From Cylindrospermopsis raciborskii Cr2010 (GTDB lineage: Bacteria > Cyanobacteriota > Cyanobacteriia > Cyanobacteriales > Nostocaceae): 32,000 bases of DNA. Shown here piece by piece: positions 18,448-28,401 of the stretch. The stretch covers positions 570,001 through 602,000 of the forward strand of contig NZ_CP065936.1 of NCBI RefSeq assembly GCF_003367075.2, written 5' to 3'. Below the pieces are notes generated by a model. The model saw only the letters and a list, made by a program, of their open reading frames with translations. It was not told where the DNA came from and ran no database searches. The translations under genes and the position numbers were made by a program. How positions within the stretch are numbered: position 1 is the stretch's first letter; each line of letters opens with the position of its first letter.

Positions 18448-18567
18448 TAAGTAGGGAGGCACAATTATTTGTAGGATGGGTCGAGTAACGAGATCCATGC
18501 GGGTGTTGGGTTTCATACTTCAACCCAACCTACGTTCATCTTATATTTAATTCCACCCACTCACTTA
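18448..18567 (-). repeat. MITE-like repeat copy 3 (inverted relative to copies 1 and 2)
   Basis: ta|agtagggaggcacaattatttgtaggatgggtcgagtaacgag...ttgggtttcatacttcaacccaacctacgttcatcttatatttaattccacccactcact|ta; reverse complement of copy 2 over its whole length with mismatches. Confidence 0.8.
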
Positions 18568-18740
18568 CTTTCTCCTAAATTTAACCAAATAATTGATGGT
18601 TTTAATGTATAAACAGTTTCATTCCTAATGTGGCACAATGTTCAATTGATCTGTTATACTGGGAGCAGATGGCAAAAACAGGATTAAACCCCAAGCCATA
18701 ATGAGTAAACTCATATCACAGCTTACCAATCATACTAACT

Positions 18741-19042
18741 ATGCTAGAAAAAAACCTGATGAAATTACCGGGTGAGTCTCAAACTCCCAGATTTCTACAG
18801 AGAATCAACTGGGTTTTTAATCCCGTGCAACTAATGGAAAAATCTGCCCAGGCCTACGGGGATTTTTTTACACTCAAATTATCCAGTCAAGAACCAATAG
18901 TATTTATTAGCATTTAAGCCTGGTTGATAATATCAAGGTTAAACCTCTCAGGAGAGGTGTTACCCTAGCTCCTTCTGCTGGTAAATGGTTGGTAGCAACT
19001 GGAAAAGCTAATTTATCTACCAATATTGGGCACGAATCTTAA
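18741..19042 (+). pseudogene. internally deleted cytochrome P450 remnant (CYP110-like)
   Basis: 18741-18917 reads MLEKNLMKLPGESQTPRFLQRINWVFNPVQLMEKSAQAYGDFFTLKLSSQEPIVFISI*, a P450 N-terminus. In another frame (about 18914-19042) LSLVDNIKVKPLRRGVTLAPSAGKWLVATGKANLSTNIGHES* reads as a CYP110-type C-terminus. The central part of the protein, including the heme-binding loop, is absent. Confidence 0.72.
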
Positions 19043-20020
19043 ATATGTACCCCCTAAACCTTCTACAATGCTGCGAGTATTTGCATCCATCATTTTTTGA
19101 TAGGTTTCTCCATCACTACCTGGTTCACCCAATCCATCAATATAAAGTGGTCGAGGAAAAATTTTCACTTTTGTTTTTTTGGCAATTGGCGCAAGTAACA
19201 TCAAATTAACTGCTCTATCAGCAAAAATTATTGGTGCTTGGGTTGTTTTAATATATTCAGCTAGACTTTTAGCTTTTTTAGCTGTTAATTTATCTTCATT
19301 GCTGATATCTGGTAAGGTTCCTTTATAATCTAACCCATAGGCCTTGACGTAATAAATCATCGCCCCATGGGTGGTCAGCAATTTCCGTTTTTTGTCAGGA
19401 ATGGTGGAAAGAGTAGATTTAATCCACTGGTTTAATTCTTTTAATTCTCGGGTCAGTTGGCGGGTATTACTATTATATCTCTGTTGATTTTCCGGTGATA
19501 TTTTGCCTAATTGAAAATTCACTACTTCTACCATTTTGATGGCATTTCTCACATCATGCCAAATATGTGGTTCGTTAATAATTTTGCCATTTTGGTGCAG
19601 TTTTTGTGGTTGTTTCACAGCACGTTGACCAACTGATATTTTGGCTATGTTTTTTCGACTATTTTTGAAGGACTTAATTAGGTTAGGCTCAAAATTATAA
19701 CCGTGATATAAAATCAGATCTGCTTTTTTGATGGCTTTGATATCTTCCGGTGTTGGCTGATATATAGGAGGTTCCAAACCAGGAGGAACTAAACAAATTA
19801 GATTGATACTTTCTTTGGCTATTTGGTTAGTAATATCGCAGAGTATGGTTGTAGTAACTACAACTTGGGGTAGATTTTGACTGATCTTTTGATTCTGGTG
19901 ATCTTGAGTATAGTTATTATTTAGATTCCTATGATTACAACCTAAAATTGCTAGTATTATTGGTAGGCCAATTGGTAAACAAATATTGCAAAACTTACAA
20001 TTTAACAACTTATTCATCAC
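19013..20020 (-). CDS. metal ABC transporter substrate-binding lipoprotein (ZnuA/MntC-like, cluster A-I)
   Basis: 335 aa; lipobox LAILGC; TTTILCDITNQIAKE, LVPPGLEPPIYQPTPEDIKAIKKADLILYHGYNFE, EPHIWHDVRNAIKMVEVV, LLTTHGAMIYYVKAYGL, GEPGSDGETYQKMMDANTRSIVEGL. Confidence 0.9.
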   Translation of the reverse strand: MMNKLLNCKFCNICLPIGLPIILAILGCNHRNLNNNYTQDHQNQKISQNLPQVVVTTTILCDITNQIAKESINLICLVPPGLEPPIYQPTPEDIKAIKKADLILYHGYNFEPNLIKSFKNSRKNIAKISVGQRAVKQPQKLHQNGKIINEPHIWHDVRNAIKMVEVVNFQLGKISPENQQRYNSNTRQLTRELKELNQWIKSTLSTIPDKKRKLLTTHGAMIYYVKAYGLDYKGTLPDISNEDKLTAKKAKSLAEYIKTTQAPIIFADRAVNLMLLAPIAKKTKVKIFPRPLYIDGLGEPGSDGETYQKMMDANTRSIVEGLGGTYLRFVPNIGR

Positions 20021-20028
20021 AATTATTT

Positions 20029-20113
20029 TAAGTAGGGAGGCACGATTATTTATAGGATGGGTTAGCGGTAGGGTAAACCATTACGTTCATGTTTAATTCC
20101 ACTCACCTACTTA
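20029..20113 (-). repeat. MITE-like repeat copy 4 (internally shortened)
   Basis: ta|agtagggaggcacgattatttataggatgggttagcggtagggtaaaccattacgttcatgtttaattccactcacctact|ta; same termini as copy 3, without the gaaacccaac hairpin core. Confidence 0.78.
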
Positions 20114-20157
20114 TCCTATTTATCTTTACATAGTTTGGTCTTTTAACGCCAACTTAC

Positions 20158-21243
20158 TTAGTCTATAACTTCACACTGGGAATTATTAGATGACCAAATA
20201 ATTAATTCCCCTTGGTCTCCACCCGCTGCCAAAAATTTGCCTTGGGGTTCCCAAGCTAGGGTAGAAAAACCTTCAGTTACACCTGACAAAATTTCCCATA
20301 CTTGAAAATTTTCATCCCATAAACACAACCAACCATCAGCACCAGCAGAAGCAAGTACTAACTCATTATTTGGCAATCTATAATTTAAGGACTGGGGTGG
20401 GTGGGCGATCGCAGTTACAATGTCGAAGTGATTAGTCAAAATTGTTGACTCCCAACCTACAGATTCATCAACAGATTTATGCCACATTACTACACCTTCT
20501 ACACTGGCACAAGCTAAGATGGGATCTCCTGTATCACTTGTTCTATTAGACCAAGCCAATTGACGAATTTTGCCAGGAAAACCACGCATTAGCCAGGGAT
20601 CGGGATTTTCCCACTCTAATACTGCGATACTACGATCCATATTTGCTGAAGCCAAATATTTACCGTCACTGGACCATGCCACACCCGTACTGACTGTATC
20701 CGTATACAGTATATAAGGTTCCTCATCCCAATTTTCCCTATTCCAAACCTTAACTCCTTTATAACCGCTAATAGCCAAATACTTTCCATCCTGACGCCAA
20801 TCAATTCCTAAAATTGATGAGTTTTCAAAGTTGAGGGTGACCACCAGTTCCCGCGCATCCACATCCCACACTTGAACATAACGACCTAAACTAAAAGCTA
20901 ATAGATTATTGGTATGGTTCCAAGCCAACTTATCAATCCAAGCTGGAGCGTTTGCTAGGGTTTGAATTAACTCTTTGTCCTTCCAGATTTTTACGTTTCC
21001 ATCCTGACCACCTACAGCCAAATACTGGTCATCAGCTGAGAAACCTCCACAGTCTAGGGATTTACCTGTGGAAGTTTGGAGATTGGTAATTGTTTGGTTT
21101 TCCCAAATGATTACCTCTCCTGATGCGGAGGTGACGGCCAGCTTGTGACCGGATTTAGACCAGTTTAAGGATGTTACATATTCTGTTAGCTTTTCTGAAT
21201 AATGGGTGGTGAATTTTTGCGGTTTGTTAGTGGTGAAGTTCAT
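20158..21243 (-). CDS. WD40 repeat protein
   Basis: 361 aa; repeated blades such as LAVTSASGEVIIWEN, LAVGGQDGNVKIWKD, LAISGYKGVKVWNREN, LASANMDRSIAVLEWEN, LASAGADGWLCLWDEN, LAAGGDQGELIIWSSN. Confidence 0.92.
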   Translation of the reverse strand: MNFTTNKPQKFTTHYSEKLTEYVTSLNWSKSGHKLAVTSASGEVIIWENQTITNLQTSTGKSLDCGGFSADDQYLAVGGQDGNVKIWKDKELIQTLANAPAWIDKLAWNHTNNLLAFSLGRYVQVWDVDARELVVTLNFENSSILGIDWRQDGKYLAISGYKGVKVWNRENWDEEPYILYTDTVSTGVAWSSDGKYLASANMDRSIAVLEWENPDPWLMRGFPGKIRQLAWSNRTSDTGDPILACASVEGVVMWHKSVDESVGWESTILTNHFDIVTAIAHPPQSLNYRLPNNELVLASAGADGWLCLWDENFQVWEILSGVTEGFSTLAWEPQGKFLAAGGDQGELIIWSSNNSQCEVID

Positions 21244-21298
21244 ATATGGGAAATATGGAAATTGGGAATATCAATTCTGTTGATGATCTTGGGAGCGA

Positions 21299-22270
21299 TT
21301 ATAGCATACAGGATAAAAAATCTTGTTTTAATTTTGTCCCATCTAGGTTCCTTCCGATAAAAACTAGTTGATTTTTTCTCGGTTCACTATATTTCCAGGG
21401 TCTATCTGGTCTACCATCAAATATCATGTGTACCCCCTGAAAGACAAAACGCTCCTCTTCACCAGCAATATTTAAAATGCCCTTCATGCGAAAAATATCT
21501 TGCCCTTGATTGCGCAATAATTGCCCTAACCAAACATTTAATTTCTCCCCATCTAAGGCACCTGATTCTACTAAAGCTACTGAACCTACGCTATTATCAT
21601 GTTCATGAGTATCTTCACCTAAAAAATTGGGATCTATTTCCAATGCTCTGGCTAAATCAAAGGCTCTCACACCTAATAAGGCATCCATGGATAGTTGGGA
21701 ATTCTGGGTATGGTAAATTTTAGCCATGGCGTTCATGGCACGAATTCGCTTTTCTAATTCCTCCAAAGTTTCTGGGGAAACTAAATCGGTTTTGTTTAAC
21801 AAAATTACATCGGCAAAGGCTATTTGCTCCTGAGCTTCATCCGCTTCCCAATGTTGACAAATGTGTTTGGCATCCACAACTGTTACTACCGCATCTAATG
21901 ATAGTTGATTTTGCATGTCCTCATCTACAAAGAAGGTCTGAATTACAGGCGCAGGATCTGCTAATCCGGTGGTTTCAATCACTAAATGGTCGAACTTATC
22001 CCGCCGTTTCATTAAGTTACCAATGATCCGAATTAAATCCCCACGTACTGTACAGCAAATACAGCCGTTGTTCATTTCAAAGATTTCTTCGTCCGCATCA
22101 ATCACTAGTTGATTATCAATGCCCACTTCCCCAAATTCATTGATGATTACAGCTACTTTTTTACCGTGCTCGTAGGTGAGAATGTGATTCAGTAGGGTGG
22201 TTTTTCCTGCCCCTAAATAGCCTGTTAAAACGGTTACAGGTATGGTAGTCGAGATTTCTGAACCTATCAT
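21299..22270 (-). CDS. CobW/COG0523-family GTPase (putative metallochaperone)
   Basis: 323 aa; VTVLTGYLGAGKTTLLNHIL, GCICCTVRGDL (CxCC), VIETTGLADPAPV, LLNKTDLV. Confidence 0.93.
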   Translation of the reverse strand: MIGSEISTTIPVTVLTGYLGAGKTTLLNHILTYEHGKKVAVIINEFGEVGIDNQLVIDADEEIFEMNNGCICCTVRGDLIRIIGNLMKRRDKFDHLVIETTGLADPAPVIQTFFVDEDMQNQLSLDAVVTVVDAKHICQHWEADEAQEQIAFADVILLNKTDLVSPETLEELEKRIRAMNAMAKIYHTQNSQLSMDALLGVRAFDLARALEIDPNFLGEDTHEHDNSVGSVALVESGALDGEKLNVWLGQLLRNQGQDIFRMKGILNIAGEEERFVFQGVHMIFDGRPDRPWKYSEPRKNQLVFIGRNLDGTKLKQDFLSCML

Positions 22271-22295
22271 AATTTATCCATTTATCCCCAGTTTT

Positions 22296-22310
22296 TGATA
22301 ATCATTCTTT
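22296..22310. promoter_or_regulatory. candidate Zur/Fur-like box upstream of the COG0523 gene
   Basis: TGATAATCATTCTTT resembles the 7-1-7 palindrome TGATAATNATTATCA; the left half is intact and the right half degenerate. It lies 26-40 nt upstream of the start at 22270. Confidence 0.3.
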
Positions 22311-22545
22311 TTTTTAACATAAGTTTTGGCAGTTGGGAGCCTTATTTTCTGGGAGGAATCACTTAATTTGTTTGAAGTTTTGTAAAGTTTAGCAACAATT
22401 TGCTCATAGTTGTTGCAGGAGTTGAGATGAAGGTGGTATGCTCACCGGGTGAATGGTAAGTTAAATGTTAAAGAAATATTTAGAGAACTAGAATCTTGTA
22501 CTAACTTTTGTAAAATCTCGGATACTAAGTAGTTGGTCAGTTCCT

Positions 22546-24759
22546 ATGTCTTATCCGTTATACGTCGCTTTTATCTGGCATCAACATCAACCACTGTATA
22601 AGTCACCCGCTAATAACCACTATCGTTTGCCCTGGGTGAGGTTACATGGCACAAAGGACTATTTAGATTTAATCCTATTACTGGAAAAATATCCTAAATT
22701 GCACCAAACGGTAAATTTGGTCCCGTCTCTAATTCTCCAGTTGGAAGATTATATTAAGGGTGATGCTTTTGACCCCTATCTGACGGCCAGTTTGACCCCT
22801 GTGGAAAATTTGACCATAGAACAGAAAGAATTCATTATCCAACACTTTTTTGATGCTAATCACCACACTTTAATTGACCCCCATCCCCGTTATGGACAGT
22901 TATACCACCAAAGACAGGAAAAAGGACAGAACTGGTGTTTGTCAAATTGGGAATCGGCGGATTACGGCGATTTATTGGCTTGGCATAATTTGGCTTGGAT
23001 TGATCCCCTATTTTGGGATGACCCGGAAATTTCAGCTTGGTTAAAACAGGGACGGGATTTTACTTTGGGCGATCGCCAAAGGATCTATTCTAAACAGAAA
23101 CAAATACTAAGTCGCATTATTCCTCAACATCGGAAAATGCAGGAAACCGGACAGTTGGAGGTGACTACTACTCCCTATACCCATCCCATATTACCCCTAT
23201 TAGCAGATACTAATGCTGGAAGGGTGGCGGTTGGAAATATGACATTGCCCAATTCTCGGTTTAACTGGGCCGAAGATATTCCTCGTCATTTACAAAAAGC
23301 CTGGGATTTCTACCAAGAAAGATTTGGAAGGGTGCCAAGGGGTTTATGGCCTTCGGAGCAGTCCGTTAGTCCGGAGATTTTGCCCTATGTGATAAAACAA
23401 GGATTCAAGTGGATTTGCTCGGATGAAGCGGTTTTGGGTTGGACTACAAGACATTTTTTCCATCGGGATGGAGCGGGAAATGTCCAGGAACCGGAACTAC
23501 TATATCGTCCCTATAGATTACAAACTCCCGAAGGTGAGGTGTCTATTGTTTTTCGGGATCATAGATTATCGGATTTAATCGGGTTTACCTATAGTTCTAT
23601 GCAACCTAGGCAAGCGGTTGCCAACTTGGTTGGACATTTAGAGGCAATTTCTAGACAGCAAAGAGAGAGGTCAACTGAACAACCCTGGTTGGTCACTATT
23701 GCTTTGGATGGGGAGAATTGCTGGGAATTCTACCCGGAAGATGGCAAACCCTTTTTAGAAACTCTATATCAAACCCTAAGTCACGAACCTAATATTCAAC
23801 TAGTAACGGTTTCTGAATTTTTAGACAAGTATCCTCCTACAGCGACTATTAATGGAGACAGGTTACATAGTGGTTCATGGGTAGATGGTAGTTTTACCAC
23901 TTGGATAGGAGATCCGGTAAAAAACCGAGCTTGGGATTATCTTGTTCAAGCTAGACAAACTTTGGCCAGACACCCGGAAGCTACGGAAGAAAATAATCCC
24001 GCCGCATGGGAGGCTTTATATGCTGCTGAGGGATCGGACTGGTTTTGGTGGTTTGGTGAAGGACATTCATCAAATCAAGATGCCATATTTGACCAGTTAT
24101 TTAGAGAGCATCTTTATGGCATTTATAAAGCACTAAATGAACCCATACCTGCTTATTTAAATTCGCCCCTAGAACTGCATGAAGTGAAAGCGGACCGTCG
24201 CCCAGAAAGTTTTATTCATCCAGTTATTGATGGTAATGGGGATGAGCAAGATTGGGACAAGGCTGGTAGGGTAGAAGTGGGTGGTGCTAGAGGAACAATG
24301 CACCAAAGTAGTCTAATCCAGCGTCTTTGGTATGGGGTAGATCACCTCAACTTCTATTTGCGAGTGGACTTTAAAAATGGACTTACTCCAGGAAAGGAAT
24401 TGCCACCGGAATTAAATTTACTGTGGTACTATCCAGACAGACCAATGGTGAACAGTTCCATACCTCTAGCGGAGGTTCCGGATATGGCTCCGGTTAATTA
24501 TTTGTTCCACCATCACCTAGAAATTAATTTGATTTCCCAAGCAGTTCAATTTCGGGAAGCTGTAGAGAATTATCAATGGTTACCCCGTGCTAGTCGCGCT
24601 CAGGTGGCTTTAAATACCTGTTTGGAGGTAGCAGTGCCATGGGTAGATTTACAGATTCCTCCTGATTATCCTCTGCGGTTAATTTTGGTTTTGGCTGATG
24701 ATGGCTGTTTTCATAGTTATTTACCAGAAAACGCCCTGATTCCTATCGAGGTTCCCTAA
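22546..24759 (+). CDS. glycoside hydrolase family 57 protein
   Basis: 737 aa; YVAFIWHQHQPLYK, QTVNLVPSLILQL, GLWPSEQSVSPEILPYVIKQGFKWICSDEAVL, VTIALDGENCWEFYPEDGKPFLETLY. Confidence 0.92.
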   Translation: MSYPLYVAFIWHQHQPLYKSPANNHYRLPWVRLHGTKDYLDLILLLEKYPKLHQTVNLVPSLILQLEDYIKGDAFDPYLTASLTPVENLTIEQKEFIIQHFFDANHHTLIDPHPRYGQLYHQRQEKGQNWCLSNWESADYGDLLAWHNLAWIDPLFWDDPEISAWLKQGRDFTLGDRQRIYSKQKQILSRIIPQHRKMQETGQLEVTTTPYTHPILPLLADTNAGRVAVGNMTLPNSRFNWAEDIPRHLQKAWDFYQERFGRVPRGLWPSEQSVSPEILPYVIKQGFKWICSDEAVLGWTTRHFFHRDGAGNVQEPELLYRPYRLQTPEGEVSIVFRDHRLSDLIGFTYSSMQPRQAVANLVGHLEAISRQQRERSTEQPWLVTIALDGENCWEFYPEDGKPFLETLYQTLSHEPNIQLVTVSEFLDKYPPTATINGDRLHSGSWVDGSFTTWIGDPVKNRAWDYLVQARQTLARHPEATEENNPAAWEALYAAEGSDWFWWFGEGHSSNQDAIFDQLFREHLYGIYKALNEPIPAYLNSPLELHEVKADRRPESFIHPVIDGNGDEQDWDKAGRVEVGGARGTMHQSSLIQRLWYGVDHLNFYLRVDFKNGLTPGKELPPELNLLWYYPDRPMVNSSIPLAEVPDMAPVNYLFHHHLEINLISQAVQFREAVENYQWLPRASRAQVALNTCLEVAVPWVDLQIPPDYPLRLILVLADDGCFHSYLPENALIPIEVP

Positions 24760-24861
24760 AATCTCTAAAATCTATTCATCAAAAACGGTGGGGAGATTAG
24801 ATTTCCCCACCGTTTACTGATGTTTAAGGTTTAAGGTGTTTAAGTTTTTAAAAACTCCGGA

Positions 24862-27333
24862 CTACAGCTCAATAGTTGGAGCAAGTAACTCCGGACGCTG
24901 TCTAGCTGTTACTTGGACAACACCATTTTCGTCTATGTCAACGTAAGCAATGTCCCCATCTTTGATTCGTCCAGACAGAATCTCTTCTGCTAAACTATCC
25001 TCGAGTAATCGCATAATTGCTCGACGTAATGGTCTGGCACCATAGCTAGGACTATAACCTTCTTGGATTAGACGGTCTTTAAAGCGATCGCTCACTTCTA
25101 AGGCAATACCTTTTTCCGTCAATCGACCAAACACTTCCTTGAGCATGATGTCGGCAATTTCGGTAACTTCAGCCTTGTTCAACTGACGGAAGACAATAAT
25201 TTCATCCAGACGGTTTAAGAACTCAGGACGGAAATACTGTTTGAGTTCTTCATTCACCAGGGAACGAATACGATTGTACTGCGATTCAGCTGCATCTTCG
25301 GCAAACTCAAAGCCAATACCGCTACCACCTTTTTCAATTACCTTAGAACCAATGTTAGAGGTCAAAATTAACAAGGTGTTCTTAAAGTCTACTGTGCGTC
25401 CTTTAGCATCGGTCAAACGACCATCTTCTAAAATTTGCAGCAGCATATTGAATACATCCGGGTGTGCCTTTTCGATTTCGTCGAACAGCACTACAGTATA
25501 GGGACGACGGCGTACCGCCTCCGTAAGCTGACCACCTTCGTTGTAGCCGACGTAACCTGGAGGGGAACCAATTAACTTACTAACGGTATGACGCTCCATG
25601 TACTCGGACATATCCAAGCGAATCATTGCTTCTTCCGATCCGAAGAAGTAAGATGCCAGAGATTTAGCTAATTCGGTTTTACCTACTCCAGTAGGACCAG
25701 AGAAGACAAAACTAGCAATTGGGCGATTGGGATTTTTTAAACCTACACGAGCGCGACGAATGGCTCGAGAAACGGCCTTAACCGCATCCTCTTGACCAAT
25801 AAGACGCTGATGTAGGGTATCTTCCATGTGTAGTAACTTTTCCGATTCGGATTCAGTGAGTTTATTCACTGGTACACCGGTCCAGGAAGCCACAATGTGA
25901 GCGATATCCTCCTCAGTTACTACCGGTTCAACCCCCTCTGCACTGGTTCCATTAGCTTTGTTTTGGGCGATCGACCTAATTTCCGCCTTAATTTCCATTT
26001 CTCTGTCACGCAGTTCTCCCGCACGGTCAAAGTCTTGGGAACGCACAGCATCATCTTTTTCTTTTAATATTTGCCGCAGTTCCTTATCTAACTCCTTAGC
26101 TGCTGGAGGTAACTGAGAATTAATTAGACGAACACGAGAACCTGCTTCGTCAACTAGGTCGATTGCCTTATCTGGCAAATAGCGATCGCTAATATATCTA
26201 TCAGATAATTTGGCTGCTGCTACTAAAGCTTCATCAGAGATTTTTAACTTGTGATGCGCTTCATATCGATCGCGCAACCCATATAAAATTTCTATTGTTT
26301 CATCAACAGAGGGTTCGCCCACCATTACAGGTTGAAACCGTCTTTCCAGGGCTGCATCTCGTTCGATGTGCTTCCTGTACTCATCCAAAGTAGTAGCACC
26401 GATGCACTGTAATTCACCCCTGGCCAAAGCTGGTTTGAGAATATTAGCAGCATCAATAGCTCCTTCAGCAGCACCTGCACCGATTAAGGTATGAACCTCG
26501 TCAATTACCAGGATGACATTACCCGCTTGGCGGATTTCATCCATGATTTTCTTTAGGCGCTCTTCAAATTCCCCACGATACTTAGTTCCTGCTACCAGGA
26601 GACCAATATCTAGGGTAACAACACGCTTATCCTCTAAGATGTCCGGGACATCCTTGTTAGCGATGCGGCTGGCCAAACCTTCAGCAATGGCCGTTTTACC
26701 AACTCCAGGTTCACCAATCAGCACCGGATTATTTTTAGTCCGGCGACCCAAAATTTGAATCACACGCTCGATTTCCTTGGCGCGTCCCACCACGGGATCA
26801 AGCTTGTTATCTACGGCCATTTGAGTCAAATTAGAGCCGAATTCATCCAAGGTCGGGGTTTTTGTGCGACCCGAAGAACCGCCAGGAGTAACTTCTGCAG
26901 TTTCTCCTAACATCCTAATTACTTGGGTTCTCACCTTTGACAAATCTACACCCAGGTTCTCTAGCACCCTGGCTGCTACGCCTTCCCCTTCACGGATGAG
27001 ACCCAACAGCAGATGCTCGGTGCCTATGTAGTTATGCCCTAGTTGGCGTGCTTCTTCTAAGGATAGCTCCAGAACCCGCTTGGCTCGTGGTGTAAACGGA
27101 ATTTCTACAGCCACAAAGCCGGATCCCCGACCTATGATTTTTTCTACCTCAATTCGGGCATCTTTGAGATTGACACCCATTGACTTTAGCACCTTGGCGG
27201 CCACCCCTGTTCCTTCCCCTATCAGACCCAGGAGGATCTGTTCGGTTCCGACAAAGTTGTGACCCAAACGGCGGGCCTCTTCTTGGGCCAGCATGATTAC
27301 CTTAATGGCTTTTTCTGTGAAGCGTTCAAACAT
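24862..27333 (-). CDS. clpC: ATP-dependent Clp protease ATP-binding subunit ClpC
   Basis: [41 protein letters not shown]; two AAA modules with Walker [16 protein letters not shown] and [15 protein letters not shown]; UVR motif region. The ORF track starts at 27435 (GTG); the conserved start is M35, about 27333. Confidence 0.96.
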   Translation of the reverse strand: MFERFTEKAIKVIMLAQEEARRLGHNFVGTEQILLGLIGEGTGVAAKVLKSMGVNLKDARIEVEKIIGRGSGFVAVEIPFTPRAKRVLELSLEEARQLGHNYIGTEHLLLGLIREGEGVAARVLENLGVDLSKVRTQVIRMLGETAEVTPGGSSGRTKTPTLDEFGSNLTQMAVDNKLDPVVGRAKEIERVIQILGRRTKNNPVLIGEPGVGKTAIAEGLASRIANKDVPDILEDKRVVTLDIGLLVAGTKYRGEFEERLKKIMDEIRQAGNVILVIDEVHTLIGAGAAEGAIDAANILKPALARGELQCIGATTLDEYRKHIERDAALERRFQPVMVGEPSVDETIEILYGLRDRYEAHHKLKISDEALVAAAKLSDRYISDRYLPDKAIDLVDEAGSRVRLINSQLPPAAKELDKELRQILKEKDDAVRSQDFDRAGELRDREMEIKAEIRSIAQNKANGTSAEGVEPVVTEEDIAHIVASWTGVPVNKLTESESEKLLHMEDTLHQRLIGQEDAVKAVSRAIRRARVGLKNPNRPIASFVFSGPTGVGKTELAKSLASYFFGSEEAMIRLDMSEYMERHTVSKLIGSPPGYVGYNEGGQLTEAVRRRPYTVVLFDEIEKAHPDVFNMLLQILEDGRLTDAKGRTVDFKNTLLILTSNIGSKVIEKGGSGIGFEFAEDAAESQYNRIRSLVNEELKQYFRPEFLNRLDEIIVFRQLNKAEVTEIADIMLKEVFGRLTEKGIALEVSDRFKDRLIQEGYSPSYGARPLRRAIMRLLEDSLAEEILSGRIKDGDIAYVDIDENGVVQVTARQRPELLAPTIEL

Positions 27334-27696
27334 GGCATCCTTCCCATCACCTGCGTCGTGCCGGTACGTCGATTTTAGCACAAGCAAAACTTTTGGATAT
27401 CCCTGTTGCCAAAATAGATATCCAGTGACCATCACTTTTGCCGATGGGTTGATCCTTGGACTTTTTTGCTAGCTAGTTGGCTGTAGATGTCTAATTCACT
27501 AGCTTTTTCGCCACTAGGCTCGAGGATAGACTAGTTTTTCTCCTATTTTTCCGCCCTTATTCTCAGCCTAAACCCAATATCATACTGGTCGCTGCTTTGT
27601 CAACCTATAATAATTTTATTAAAAGTTAGTAAAACTTTACATAAGATATTCTTATCCAAAATAGATAATAATTTTCAATGTTTGATGATTTATCTA

Positions 27697-28257
27697 CTAA
27701 TTCTCCTCTTGTATTAATATCCAGGAGAACTGTTGCAGACGCTGTTCGACAAGAACATGCCATTTCTCTAATGTTTGGAGAAAGTGGGGGTGTTGTAACT
27801 GAGAAATCCATAAAATCAAACCATCTTCCTGGTTATCCTGATAATAACGGGGTCTAATGCCCGCAGTTTTCCACCCAAACTTTTTATACAAGGAAATTGC
27901 TGGGGTGTTGGAAACACGAACTTCTAGTGTGGCCCGTTCTAATCCCATATCTACCGCGTCTTTTATCAGAGAGTATAATAGGGCTTGTCCTAGACCTTGA
28001 CCTTGATATTCCGGATGCACAGCTAAAATGGTAATGTGTGCTTCTTCTAAAACTGACCAAAAACAACCTATTCCTAGTAAGTCATGGCTGGGAATTAGTG
28101 AAAATAAACCGAGGAAGTGACTACTGATATTTTCTATCTCTTGGCGATAGCCTTCTATTGTCCACAGACCATCAAAACAAGCCTGATCAAGTTCTAGCAG
28201 GTCAGTTAAATGTTCTAAGGTCACGGGTTCAATTTTTAATTCGGATAATTTCACCAT
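27697..28257 (-). CDS. rimI: ribosomal-protein-alanine N-acetyltransferase (GNAT)
   Basis: 186 aa; ITILAVHPEYQGQGLGQALLYSLIKDAVDMGLERATLEVRVSNTPAISLYKKFGWKTAGIRPRYYQDNQEDGLILW. Confidence 0.9.
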   Translation of the reverse strand: MVKLSELKIEPVTLEHLTDLLELDQACFDGLWTIEGYRQEIENISSHFLGLFSLIPSHDLLGIGCFWSVLEEAHITILAVHPEYQGQGLGQALLYSLIKDAVDMGLERATLEVRVSNTPAISLYKKFGWKTAGIRPRYYQDNQEDGLILWISQLQHPHFLQTLEKWHVLVEQRLQQFSWILIQEEN

Positions 28258-28401
28258 ACTTCCCCTGTTCTATCTTCTTTTTAGAGCTTTTAGCTAGGTT
28301 TTTTGATAAAGTGGATGTCGGGAGTTTAGCTCCCACCATCAAAAGTTAACTCTAACCAACTCAAAAATCAAAGCTTTAATCAGGACAAATTTTAATTAAT
28401 T

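Noticed and set aside
24862-27435. ClpC start at 27435 as given by the ORF track
   Set aside because: The first 34 residues ([34 protein letters not shown]) are not ClpC-like; ClpC begins [12 protein letters not shown], giving a start near 27333.
28318-28335. Hairpin gggagtttagctccc upstream of lysA as a regulatory element or lysine riboswitch
   Set aside because: Only a 5-bp stem in a short intergenic region; far too small for a lysine riboswitch and not distinguishable from chance or a weak terminator.
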